Shown here piece after piece: positions 13,501 to 27,276 of a stretch of DNA of 64,000 nucleotides. The first letter of the stretch is position 1. Each line of letters opens with the position of its first letter. Source of the stretch: Octopus sinensis (lineage: Eukaryota); assembly GCF_006345805.1 (NCBI RefSeq), contig NW_021833060.1, forward strand, positions 21,200 through 85,199, in the 5' to 3' direction. The notes beneath the pieces are model-generated. The model was given only the letters and a program-made list of their open reading frames with translations. It was not told the DNA's origin and made no database searches. A program made the position numbers and the translations under genes.

Positions 13501-16353
13501 TCTCATTAAGCTCCATCTGACTCATGTAAGTATTGCAAAGTGGTCATTAACTCTTTCGTTACCAACCCGGCCAAAACCAGCTCTGGCTCTTGTTTTCATA
13601 AGTTTTGCATTAAAATATACCACCAAACCTTAGTCGCAATTTATGTTCCTAACACTAGTTTAATGATAACTAAGTTATTTTACTAAATTCTTTGTTATAT
13701 TTAAAATAATTGAAAGAAACACAGAGCATCTCAAAATAAATACAATAACGAAAGGGTTAAAACTATGATGATGATATTGATTTTCCATTTCTTTCCATTT
13801 GAATGTTATAAGAGATAAAATCTTCCATTTTTATCTTTCTGTAGTTAATGAACCAAGAACATACTACTAAAAATAATCATTATTTTAGAGCTTTAAAATA
13901 AATAAGCGAATACATACCCCTGACGCACCTCGGTGGGCAAATAATCTTGGTTTGGAAGGCAAACTATCTGCTGGTCGAACACATGGAGATTCAATAAACA
14001 GTGGAATGACATACAGGCCAACTAGAATTGCCATGTATGCTACTAAAGTTAACAGTTTTAAACCTATATGGGAAAGAAAACAAAAAAAAGCAATATTATA
14101 TTATTTGGTTCCATTCAATAGTGAACAAAATTACAAGGAACAACGGTAAGCTTCTGTGTGAAGGTAAATGTGCATGAATGCAAGCATGCATGCATTCATA
14201 TATACATACATAGATATGTATGTACATACATACATATGTACATATACACACACATACATACATCAGTACCGGTGACATGTGACAGCAACAGCACTGGTAA
14301 CACATAAGAGGCACCCATGCCACAGACACATAAAAGGCGCCCAGTACAGAGTGGATGGTGTTAGGAAGGGCATCCTGCCATAGAGACCAAGCTGAAATAG
14401 ACTGGAGCTTGATACAGCTCTCTGGCATACTAGTACCTGTCAAACTGTCTTACTCATGCCAGCATTGAAAATGGACACTAAATGATGCTGGAGATGATGG
14501 TGATGATATATATATATATATATAGGAACAAGCAAAACATGTTTGGTCATGGGGAAATAGTCCATTGTTTGGAAACTAGTGACAGTTGGCAAGAGGAAGA
14601 GCACCCAGCCAAAGAAAATTTACCTTAATAGACTCCAACCAACCAATGCAAGCATGGAAAACAGGACGTGATGATGATGATGGTGGTGGTGGTGGTGATG
14701 CGTATGATGATGATGATGATGATGATGATATATTTGAAAACACTGAATAAGGGTGATTTTTCTGATAATTTGATGAGTAGATGTTTGCAAAGTGTCATTT
14801 TGTAAAATTCTCATCATTAAAGGAGAAAATAACTGGTTTACAGAGAAATTGAGGCAAACATAAAAATAGTTGTCTAGTCTAATTTTGGGGTGCTGTGGAA
14901 GAGGTAAACCTATGAAGATATTGGATCTTCAAATGTGGGGTCTCATGGAGGTAATGACAAGCAATTGTGACCTCTGGTGATTTGCTGTGCTTGAGAAGAC
15001 TAATCAAGTGAAATCATAGTTGTGGGTATTGTTGGTGACACATAAAAGGCACTAACTAAACTCTTGGAGTGGTTGACATTAGGAAGAGCATCCAGCCATG
15101 GAAACCAAGCCAAAATCAAACTGGAGCCTGGTACAGCTCTCCAGCTTATCAGATCCAGTCAAACTGTCTAACCCATGCCATCAGGGAGGAAAGTGTACAC
15201 TAAATGATGATGATGAGTATGTATGTGTATATATATAAACTAAGTCAGATTAAAATGTAGGAAGCAAGATATGGTCACCTGGCCTGTCTCAGGCCATTAC
15301 AACCTGCTCTGCTCACATTATGTTGTGGCAAGAGTCACAACAGCCCCTGCGAGAATAGACTTGATTGAATCACTATAAACAGTAGCGGTCTGAGTGAAAG
15401 ACAGAGAAGAGGCATTAATTGCAGGAAGTCATAAGGTTTCGTTTTGGTAGTTTGTCAGAATATCATTTGTTGATTCATGAACAGTTCAAGGAGAGTTTGT
15501 TGGAATGTTATGTTGTTACCCTGCTTCGTTATATGTTTATTGTTACTACATGGTTATAGTGTAAACAAGTATCGTCATAATTAGTGGTGATACTACAATA
15601 ATTGGTGACGAGTAACTACATTACAATATTATTATCAAGGAAAGAAAGCATAAAACCAAGATGAAAATGATGATGACGATGAGGAGTGTGTGTGTGTGTG
15701 TATCTGCAAGTCTGTGTTTTTATTAACTCAATAAAATCATTACCCTATACTTGGCTATTGTTATAATTGTGTAAGAGGAGTAGAAATGGTGGCAGATTAC
15801 ATGCAATGCAGTGTTTAGTTGAAACCTTCCCATTCTGAAATCAAATTATATTTTATTCGTTTCTTTTTTTCCTTTTTATTTCAGTATAAATTTTGTTTAC
15901 AGTTATACATGTATTCACAATTTTATGAAAAAAAAAAATTAAAAAAGGGACATCAGAATTGAACTATGAAATCCAGAAATCCAGATGGGATCAATAGTTT
16001 ACTTAGGATCACATTCATGGAGATCGGCAAAGGATCCAACAACAACAAAAAAATCTGATCTCTAAACAACTCCCCAAGTTACAGATACTCTTCTGATTGT
16101 TACAGAAGACATACTGAACAAAATAACTGGTTCATGAGATAGAAACTTGTAACCAATGATGCTATTGTTCACAAGTTGCAATATAAAATATACGAATCCT
16201 GCTTTTAACTGTTATCTAAATGCTGATCAATCACACACAAAAGAAAAGAAACTCATAATCCTATTTTTTATAGTCTAAGTAAAGGTAAATCTATTTGTCA
16301 ATATATATAAATATCTATTTTCTTGTTTATCTTCTGAATATATTTAGTTTTTG

Positions 16354-16414
<61 letters not shown>

Positions 16415-19099
16415 GTGTGTGTGTGTGTATGTACATATTTATATATATCAAGCCTTATCTACATCACTAATCCTTTATTCATGGTCACTGGGACTGTTGG
16501 CAAGAAGTAAGGAAGTCACTCTCAAAAACAAAATCTGTAGAAAACATGTAAAAAAAATCTGAAATCTACTGAAGACTCCCAAGAACCAGGTGGTGGTGGT
16601 AGCAGGATTAAACTGGTCAAAGGATTAAGCCAACCACCTAAGGATTCAGAACACAAACAACCAGAACAAATTCCACAATGCATCACATCTGATGGTCTAA
16701 CGATCCTGTCAACCCCCTACGATGCACTCAGAGTTTATCTTATTAACCCTTCCAAAAGGATGGAAGAGAAAGTTGACCTCAGTGAGATTCGAACTTAGGA
16801 ATATAGATAGGTGAATCAAATGCCATTTATGCTACACTAACAAGGTATGAACACCAGAAAATTAGGAAAATGAAAAGTGTCATTGTATTTGAGATAGAAT
16901 TTAATAAGTCTGTTTTCTTTAACGACAACATTTTCAGAAATAAATTTGTATATGTCTGACAAAGATTTTTGAAATGACAAAATATACTTACAGAATTGGT
17001 CTAAGCTGTACCACTGTCTTATCAGAATACAAGAGAGAATAGTAAAGATCACAACCAGACCAATATGAATAAAAGGACCGACTATCTGGAAAAATAATCA
17101 AAGAAAATAACTCAACTAAAAAATAATAACCGTAATAGTAAATTCATCATCATTGTTTTAACATCTACTTTTCCATGCTTGCATGGGTTAGATGCAATTT
17201 GTTAAGGCAAGCTTTCTAGTGCTAGATGTCCTTCATATTGCCAATTTCGATCCGTTTCTAAGTAAGGTAGTATTTCTCCATGACTACACATATTTCCACA
17301 GAAGATTGGAAAAGAATGATATTGCTTGTATGATGGTGCCACTTGTTTCCAACTATCACATGATGCCAAGGACAAAATGTTGTCCACACACACACATGCG
17401 CATACACACAGATGCACACTCAGTGGGATTCTTTCAGTTTCTCTCTGCCAAATCCATTCACAAGGTCATTGTAGGAGATACTTGCCCAAGGTGTCACACA
17501 GTGGGGCTAAATCTGAAACCATGTGGTCAGGAAACAAACTTCATATTATGCAGCTACATCTGTGCCTACAGCCACAACTGATACTCCATATGATATCTAT
17601 GTCAAAAAAGTATCCACTATACTGCTTTGTAAAGACTTTCCTTTCATAATTGTGACAATTTGATCTTAGAATTGATTCTATAGACTATATTTCCATTGTT
17701 TTTTTTCACTTTGCTAATATTATCTATCAGCTACAATTCCTGACAGAAGTATCACCTTTTTTGTGGAACATAGTGACAATAGGAACAATGAAAATTTCAA
17801 CTCAGAATGCACAAATCCAGAACTGATACTGCAAGGCATTTAGTTCAATACTCTAACACTTAAACTAATCAATCACTCAAAAGTTGACTTCACTGGGATT
17901 TGAACTGGAATATATACCATGAGGCATTCTATCTAACACTGAAACAATTTTGCCAATTTGCTGCCTGTACAAACAGAAGTATGACTTCTACTGTTGGGTT
18001 TAGAGCTCTATGTACTTTAACATCATCCAGTTTGCTTCCAGTATAATGGTTAAACTGCTACAATACTGAGTAGTATAACTAGTAATGATATACAGAGCAA
18101 TAGTAGGAGAAATTATGATAAACACAGACATATTATCTTTTTTCAATTACTAATTCCACTCAGTAGAATGTAGCCATACTGGGCAACTACCTTAAAGTAT
18201 TTTAGTTGAGTGAATCAACTCCAGTATATTCTTTATTTTCTTTTTTAAGTGTGATACTTATTGTATCAGTGTTTTATGCCAAAGTGTTAAGTTACAGATA
18301 CACATAAACACACCAACACTGAATGTCAGGTGGTAGTGGTGGACAAACAGACACACACACGCATGCATGCATGATGGGTTTCTTTCAGGTTCCATCTACT
18401 AAATTCACTCACAAGGCTTTGGTCAACCCAAGGCTATAAGAATGTAATTCTGAAAGAGACTAATAATAGTCACAAGAAAATAACATTGCTTAATGTTTTC
18501 TATTACACATTTTCTAATCATTGACAAAATTTGGAGGAAAATGTTTCAAATATAACAGAGACTTACTTGAAATGATAGTTTCAGCATTGCCCACACAGAT
18601 GGCCAGAAAGTATTCAAGGCAATTGTGTAGCCAATGCAACTCAAAAAATTGATGATTATCATCACTACATGGAATGGATGTATATGTACTTCATGTCCCA
18701 TAGAAATACGATATATTGATAGACCCTGTTAATGATAGCATAAAATGGATGGAAGCATTGAAATAATCTTAAGTTACAGCATGAGGTAAAAATGGATTAA
18801 AGGGGAATTATAATCATAAAGTTTATAAAATGGAGGAATTAAAAAATAATTTATTCGTGCATAATTCCAAATGACAACTTAATGAGATCTGTTTGGTATT
18901 AGGGTCCTTAATTTGCTGCCACACAGAGTAGCTGAACCTGAACCATATAGTTAGGAAGTGAACTTCTTAAGTACACAGACATGTCCATATATAATATATA
19001 TATATATATATACTTTATTTAAATAAAGCATATACTCTACCTCTGGTATTTGAGTACTCTTTTTTCCGCCTTATTTCACATTATGTGCTTGCTCCAGTG

Positions 19100-19163
<64 letters not shown>

Positions 19164-19199
19164 GTATACACATACACACAATCTCCATGCAAACACACA

Positions 19200-19274
<75 letters not shown>

Positions 19275-20099
19275 CAATATTACAAGCACTTTAGAATTCA
19301 GTGTGAATCAGGAAAAAACTGATGCATCATGACATTTCTTCTCATACATAGACTTTACACTGTTAAATATTTTAGATGATGTCAATATCAATGCAGATCT
19401 TCCTGTTGACATACAATGAATCAATATATTGTTATAAATATTTCTTTTACCTCCAATTATCATCATCATCATCATCATCGTATAACGTCCGTTTTCCATG
19501 CTGGCATGGGTTTGACAGTTTGATTGAGGTCTGGAAATCCAATGGCTGCACCAGGCTCCAATCTAATGTAGCAATGTTTCTATAGGTGGATGCCCTTCCA
19601 AATGCCAACCACTCCAAGAGTGTAGTGGGTGCTTTCTACATGCCACTAGTACAGGAGCCAGTTAGGCAGGCCTGGTATCAATCCTGTTTGGATAGTGCTT
19701 TTTACGTACTGCCAGCATGGGAGCCAGTCAGGGGGCACTGGCATCAGCCATGTTCAGATGGTACTTTCTACAAGCCACCAGCATGGGAGTAGGTCAGGGG
19801 ACACTAGCATCGACCACATTCAGATTGTACTTTTTATGTGCTACTGGCATGGGAGACAGTCAGGGTGCACTGGCATCTACCATGTGTGGATGATGAATTT
19901 TGCATGCCACTGAAATGGGAGCCAGTCAGGGGCCACTGGCCACAGCTACGATTTTCATTTTACTTGACTCAACAGGTTTTCTCAAGCATATCATATCACC
20001 TGACGCATCAAGCGTACTTTTCAAATGGGCCAGACATGCAACACTGGCACTGGCCATGGCTGCAATCTCACTTTATATATATATATATATATGTATGTA

Positions 20100-20134
<35 letters not shown>

Positions 20135-23100
20135 ATGTACACACACACACACACACTTGTATATCTGTTACAAACCAAAGAGGGAACCTATACATGGTCA
20201 CTCAACTTGCTAGATGTAGCATAGCCATCATATATCATTTACCAAAAAATACATATGTGGTTTGTACCCAACCAATGGACCTCTTTGTCACTTCTGTTTC
20301 AAATTTCTGCTTCAAATATCTAACCTCAAAATAAATGTTATAAATACCCTTTTTATACTCTTCAAATGTCTGAATCATCATTAAAAACAAATAGGTAATA
20401 ATGTTAAGAAGCAACTAAAGAGAGTACCATCTTTTTTCGCTGTTTGATATTTTAAAACACTACAGTAAGATCATGGCTTTATACCCCCCCCCCCCCCGAA
20501 TAATGACGTGTCATTGCAAGTGAAAGATATAAAACATGATCAACCAGCTTATTGTTTCATCAATATTTCATTTGTTTAAAAGTATCAATGTATTTTATAT
20601 TATTGCGAGATGATAGTCACTTCTAACCAAACCAGTTCTTCTGGATGAATTAACATTGTATATTGTATATTATATATACTGTCTTTTGTAATAACATCAT
20701 GTTTTATGGGAAAGATAACATCCTTCTGACACTTTGAAGCAGCAGCTGATTATATAGTCTATATCTTGTTGCTATGCAATGTTGGCACAATAAATATTTG
20801 ATAACATATATCTATTTGAAAGCATTGTTTACAGAGGCAAGTTTTGTCACATTCTGCTGTCATAACATACAAAGACAGCAATACATTTACTTCATATTAG
20901 CCTCTAAGAGGAAAGTAATGTTGCTGAAAATTATGAGAACTTCAACTTGTAACAAAGACAATTTAATAATCTTCAAGGCCTAGGTTTAGGTAAAGATACT
21001 GAATTTAAAAAATGCTATGACTGTAACCACTGTATAAATGAATTTCTATCTTGATCTGACCTTGGACTTGACTGTATATTGAGATTATAAAAAGTCATAG
21101 CATTACAATAAACAATGGTCTATCTTTCTTCCTTCTCCATGATATTAAAACACATTTGGAAGAAGGTTGTGAACAAGATTCATAAAAATAAAACACATCG
21201 CTACACTGAGATTAAAAATAATTCCATCTCTAGCGATAAAACTTTTTCATTTTGTTTTGTATTTTTAATTAGTTTGAACAATAAAATTTGTGCATTTGTA
21301 CATCTTTTCCATGCTTGTATTGGCTGCACAGAACATATATATATATTTCATTATCATCATTTAACATCCGTTTTCCATGCTGGCATGTGTAGGACCGTTT
21401 GATAGGAGCTGGCCAGCTGAAGAGCTGCACAAGGCTCCAAGGCTATTTTGTCATGGTTTCTTACAGCTAGATATCCTTCCTAATGCCAATCACTTTATAG
21501 AGTGTTTGGAGTGCTTTTATGTAGCTCCAGCACAAGTGCATTTACATAGTACCAGTATAGGTGCTTTTTACATGGGACTAGCACCTATAAGCCTATGTGA
21601 CTAGGAATGTACAGCTAGAGAGGGATGCAGCATTCATACCTGTATGCAAGGACAGCCACAATTTTGCTTAGCTTGATGTGTCTTCTCAAGCACAGCAAAC
21701 CTCCAGGAGTCTCAGTCCCCTGTCATCCCAGAGACTCCTATGCTTATATTGAATATTGAGAATGAGTGCTCAACCATGCGTTGGTGGATGAATTTTTTTC
21801 ATTTATGAGTTAACAAAGATACCAATTGTTTCATGTGAAGAGATCCTCATATTTGTTCCAAAATGGAGATAAGTACCAACACTTCCATGTGGTTCACTTT
21901 AACAACTGTGAAAATCTCTTCACTGGCAGCCTTGTTAACCTACAAATAAAGTGTGTGTGTGTGTGTGTGTATAATCACTGTAATGACATGAATGTTGGAT
22001 TTTGTTATACATTGTTGATTACAATGTGCTTCCTTGGACTGTTGTAGCTTACGAATGATGCCACCCCACTGGCCAGGTGGGCAAGCCAACATTCCACCTG
22101 AATGGGACACTAGTCCACTGCAGGATTACACATTTACAGCTGAGTGGACTGGAGCAACATGAAATGATGTGTTTTGCTCAAGAACACAATGCACCACTGG
22201 TCCAAGAATCAAAATCACAATTTTGCAATCGTGTACAACACCATAACAACTGGGACATGTGGTTACACACACACATGTTTGTGTGTGTATTTATTTTCAT
22301 GGCGATATGATTGAGAAGTTCACTTCCCAACCATGTGATTTTGGTTTCATGGCACTTCAGGTCAGCGTTCTCCAACTATAGTTCTGAGCTGACCAAAGCT
22401 TTGTGGGCAAATTGTTGGCCACAAACATCATCATCATCATACAAGTGATATCATTAGTTTGCAATCTTCTATGAAAACATGTCCAGTCCATATGTTGTTT
22501 GAAGAATTAAAGGAAATTTTACCTTGCTTTGATACAGTTGAGGGTTGGTGATTGCAAAAGCATCCAGCTACATATAATTTACCTCAACAAAAAATGACAG
22601 TAGTCCATAAACAATCATTAACAATGTGCTGCATGGCTGACAGAGAGACTTAACTCTGAAATGCCCAGTTCACTTAAATGCAAGTAGAAACTACTAAGTA
22701 CTAGTACTATACTAAGGTTGACTGTATTAGTTCTATGACTTCTCCTCTGGTACTTATAGAAGTGAAATGGCAGTGTGTACATGACATGAGCTATGAGTGG
22801 GTTGAGTCTGTTTCAAGAGGTTTTGCAGTGTTTCAGAGTAGAATGTTTTATTGGTCATTATCAAAGTTCATTTAGATGTTGGGAATAGATACCAAATTAT
22901 CTAGAAATGTTACTTATCCAGGAGAGAAGATTTCTCTGTTGTCTGTTTCATCATAAGTCTGTTTCAAGTGTTTTTGCCGTGTTTCAGAATAGAATGTTTT
23001 ATTGTACATTATCAAAGTTCATTTATATGTTGGGAATAGATATCAAATTATCTAGAAATGTTACTTATCCAGGACAGAAGATTTCTCTATTGTCTGTTTA

Positions 23101-24224
23101 ATATCATAAAGCTGGCAATATGCATCAGCCCTTTAATGTTCATTATGGTTAAAGATGTATTTACATTTTCACATTTGGTCTGGTAAGTAGACGTTTACAT
23201 TGTAAACTTCATTACACAAATTGTTACATTACAACCCTTTCTCATCAATTGACCATACATCTACAGCAAGGAGTCATTACAGTTCATTATAATGCAGTAC
23301 ACAAAATAAAACTAAAAATTAAACACAAACTGAAGGAAACATACATAGATATATCATGAGTAAAAATGTTGTATCATGTACTCTAAATCCAGTGATCTAA
23401 CATAGCTAAATTATATTTTTTTGTTGTTATTTCTGTGAACTGGAAAAATAATGTAAAAGTGAAAGCAACTTACCACTAAAATTGCAAGATACCAAAATGC
23501 AACCACTGCTAAGGACAGCATTATTCTATACCATGGTACATGTTTCATTTTAAATTCTACTGTAAAATTCCTGAAGAAGCAATAAATGAAAACTTGTTAA
23601 ACATTATGTAGAATTGAAAATCATCTTGTGGTTTGTTTTGGATTTTGTTTGTGCTTTTACTTCTTGGGTGTGGTGGAAAGGGCAGTGTCCCTGGCCTTCA
23701 CAGGTCCTTCAGCTATAGATTAGTGGTTCTCAAATGGGGTCCACATGACCCTTGGGGGTCTACATAAGATTTTGTTGCTAAAATTATGTGCAATAAATTG
23801 ATTATACTTCTACAATAAACAAAACATTTTAAGAATTTTTTAATATAATTCTTAATATTATTTAATTATAAAAATATAATAAGATTTTTAAAACTTCAAA
23901 TGATTATGAGGGCCCATCTGAATAAAATAGGAAAGAAAAGGGTCCATAGGTAAAAAATGCTTGAGAACCACTGTTCTATAGCAATGAAACTAAAACCATT
24001 AATGTTTGCATTGAAACAAATCCAGAGAGCCAATGTGTATTTGGATGGATCAGACCGAATTTGTTGAGGCAGAATTTTCTACAAACAGACGCCTTTTCTA
24101 TGGCCAGCTCTCACCTGTTTCTAGGCTAGGTAATATTTCCTATGGTCAGATATGTTATTCCAAAGAAGACTGGAAATGAACAGTATTGCATGACGATGAT
24201 GTTTGACAAAGGTACACACACACA

Positions 24225-24255
<31 letters not shown>

Positions 24256-26147
24256 TGGAGGATGTCTTTCAGTTTCTGTCAGCCAAATCCACTCACAAGA
24301 TTTTGATTGGCTCAGAGCTATAGACACTTGCCCAAGGTGCAGACAGTGGGACTGAACTCAAGACACATGGTTGGAAAGCAAGCTTCTTAACCACACAGCC
24401 ATGTTTGCACCTATTATAAATATTTTCTGGGTAGTAAAGTTATATTTTGGAATATTTCAACCTAATTTACATTTCCTTAAACAATTCCAGATGTGAAAGG
24501 TTCCTTTGAGAATATAACTCAGAAAATATACAAATATGATTTTATTCTGTTGATCTGTACTTCAAATTGTTGTCTTTTGTAATCTAGTGGTAGTTGGTTA
24601 AAACAGGATGAAGTCTCATAAAATGCACTGCTACTGAGAACAATAATCTCATTTATGAACCACCCCACTCTACACCCAACCTTCAACCCTACCTGATCTT
24701 TACAGATGTTGCCTAACTCCCTTTCCCTTTTCTATTCCCCCATCTCTTGCTCCACTCCTACACTCCTACAAACCACCCATCCACACTCATATTTCTTTGG
24801 TCCCCAGTCCTACTCACTTAGTACCTTTGTGCCTTGAGGAGCCACCAGAACATCTCATCACCACTATTTATTTTTTAGCAGCTTGTATTGATAGTTTTCA
24901 CCCTTTTTTCTCAATATAAATAACTATATAGTTCCTCCAAAGCAAGAAACTGCTTTGTGCACTCTCTCATACTTTAAACCATTATCTCCTAGTATAAAAC
25001 CAATCTCCCACCCCTCAGGGTTTATAGTCTTTCAAGCAGCATGGTGATCCTAATAAAGCTGGTGACTTGTAAAAAGCATCCAGTACATGCTGTAAAGTGG
25101 TTGGTTTTAGGAAGGGCATCCAGCCATAAAAACCAAGCTAAGCAGACACTGGAGCTCGTCAGATTTTGACAAACTGCCCAGGAACATGGAGATTAAATGA
25201 TGATGATGATGATAGCATCAGTAGATACAGAGAAAGAAAAAAAGAAAATTTAGAAAAATGATGATGAGCCCTAACAATGGCATAATGCTGAGAATTCTGC
25301 AAAGATTATTATACTTCACTTGGGATAAAAGTGAAATATGGACAAAATTAAATCCTGAAGGGTATTTAAGGTAGTGCTTCATCATCATAATATTGTTAAC
25401 AATAGTGGTTATGTTGATACTTATCTTTTGTTGTTCTCATACAGGATTCTTTAACTTAGCAGTATGTTTGTTTAACATACAGAAAAAAACTAAAATTTGA
25501 CCTCAAATGTATTCAGACTAAGTGATCTAAGGATTATCGCTATTTTCTCTAGTATTTCAGTTATTGTTCCTTAATCTTTTGTGTTCTACCTTATATAAAT
25601 GGGTTACCCCTAAAGTCCATCACTCAGTTGTTGCTCACATTTATTGTGTATATGCAAATCAGATATGCAACTTACACTCAGAAATTTACGCACCATAGCT
25701 GATGGCAGAAAAGAAGCAAAGGCATATTAGATGCACCACATTTTCAACAGCAAATACTAAGGAAAATATTTTTAGTACATTAAAGCTTTTGGGAGACCCA
25801 ACATTATCATGTAATGCCTTACTTTTCCATCTGTTATGCAGCTCTGAGATTCCATTTGATTTGGTTTGTGCTTTTGTTTGTTTTGTTGTCACAATAGTTT
25901 CTTCTGTTCCATCAAGTTGTGTTTCAGTCTCAGTGATTTTTTAAATATATTTCTTTGCACCTTCTGATATTGGGTGTAGATTCTTAGAACTTTCATACTT
26001 GTAGACAAGTTTAAGCACCCAGTCATCGGTGTTCTTTAGATGGGCATCTACTCCTATAATTACTGACTTAAGAGACTGTTGCAGCTGCATCAGACCACAT
26101 CCTCCATCCTGCTGTGGGATGACTACTACTACTACTACTACTACTAT

Positions 26148-26181
<34 letters not shown>

Positions 26182-26855
26182 GTTACTGCTACAGCTGCTA
26201 CTACTACTACTACTTCGCTAGTGCATGTTAATTTAGTTAGAAGTTATTTTATCTTGAGGTTTAGTAACAAGTCTCCTCAAATCTTGAGAATCTTCCTTAG
26301 AATTATTGCAGAAGATAGGATGGTACGTTTCTGCAGGTCAACAATGTGAGTTTTAATATCATCATCATCATCATCATCATCACCACCACTGCCGTCACCG
26401 CTGCTGCCACCACCATCATCACCATCGTCCACAGCCAGCAGACTAAAGTGACACTTATTTACTGGTGATGCTTCAAGAACCCTGCAAAGATTCTTGCAGT
26501 TCCAAGCAATGCTGATTTATGTAGGTGTTCTGCCTTCACACTTGCACCAGTCTTTTTCAGGTATAATCCCACGTCATGGTACTACGTACAAGTGGCTTCT
26601 GCTGTTGCCCCGGGCTAACCAATGTCTTGAGAGTGGATTTGGCAGATGGAAACTGAAAAAAGTCCATCATATATATATTCTTTTATTTGTTTCAATCATT
26701 TGGCTGTGGCCATGCTGGAACACTACTTTTTACTGGACAAATTTGTTAGCCTAGTACTTATTCTATCATTCATTTTGCCAAACTGCTAAGTTACAGGGAT
26801 GTAAACACACCAATATCGGTTGTCAAGAGATAGTAGGGAGACAAACACAGATGCA

Positions 26856-26904
<49 letters not shown>

Positions 26905-27218
26905 TTTTATATATATACAACAGGCGTCTTTCAGTTTCTGTCTACCAAATCCACTCACAAGGCTTTGTTGGCCTGAGGCTATAGTACAAATGTGACAAGG
27001 CTAGCCCCTGGAAATACAGGTACTAATCATTTTTGCCAGCTGAATGGACCGGAGTAATGTGAAATATAATGTCTTGCTCAAAGAAACAATGTGCTGCTAG
27101 GAATCAAACTTGTGACCCTACAATCGCGAGCTGAATTCCCTAACCACTAGGCCATGCACGATATATATATATATATATATATACATATCATCATCATCAT
27201 CATCACATATATATATAT

Positions 27219-27276
<58 letters not shown>

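Noticed and set aside
14620-14817. Poly-His ORF
   Set aside because: A (GAT/GGT)n tract at the tail of an RTE 3' UTR copy; no splice or coding context.
19640-19940. Regularly spaced ~60-bp repeats resembling a CRISPR array
   Set aside because: The units are degenerate along their whole length with no unique spacers, lie within an RTE 3' UTR, and no cas genes are present in this eukaryotic DNA.
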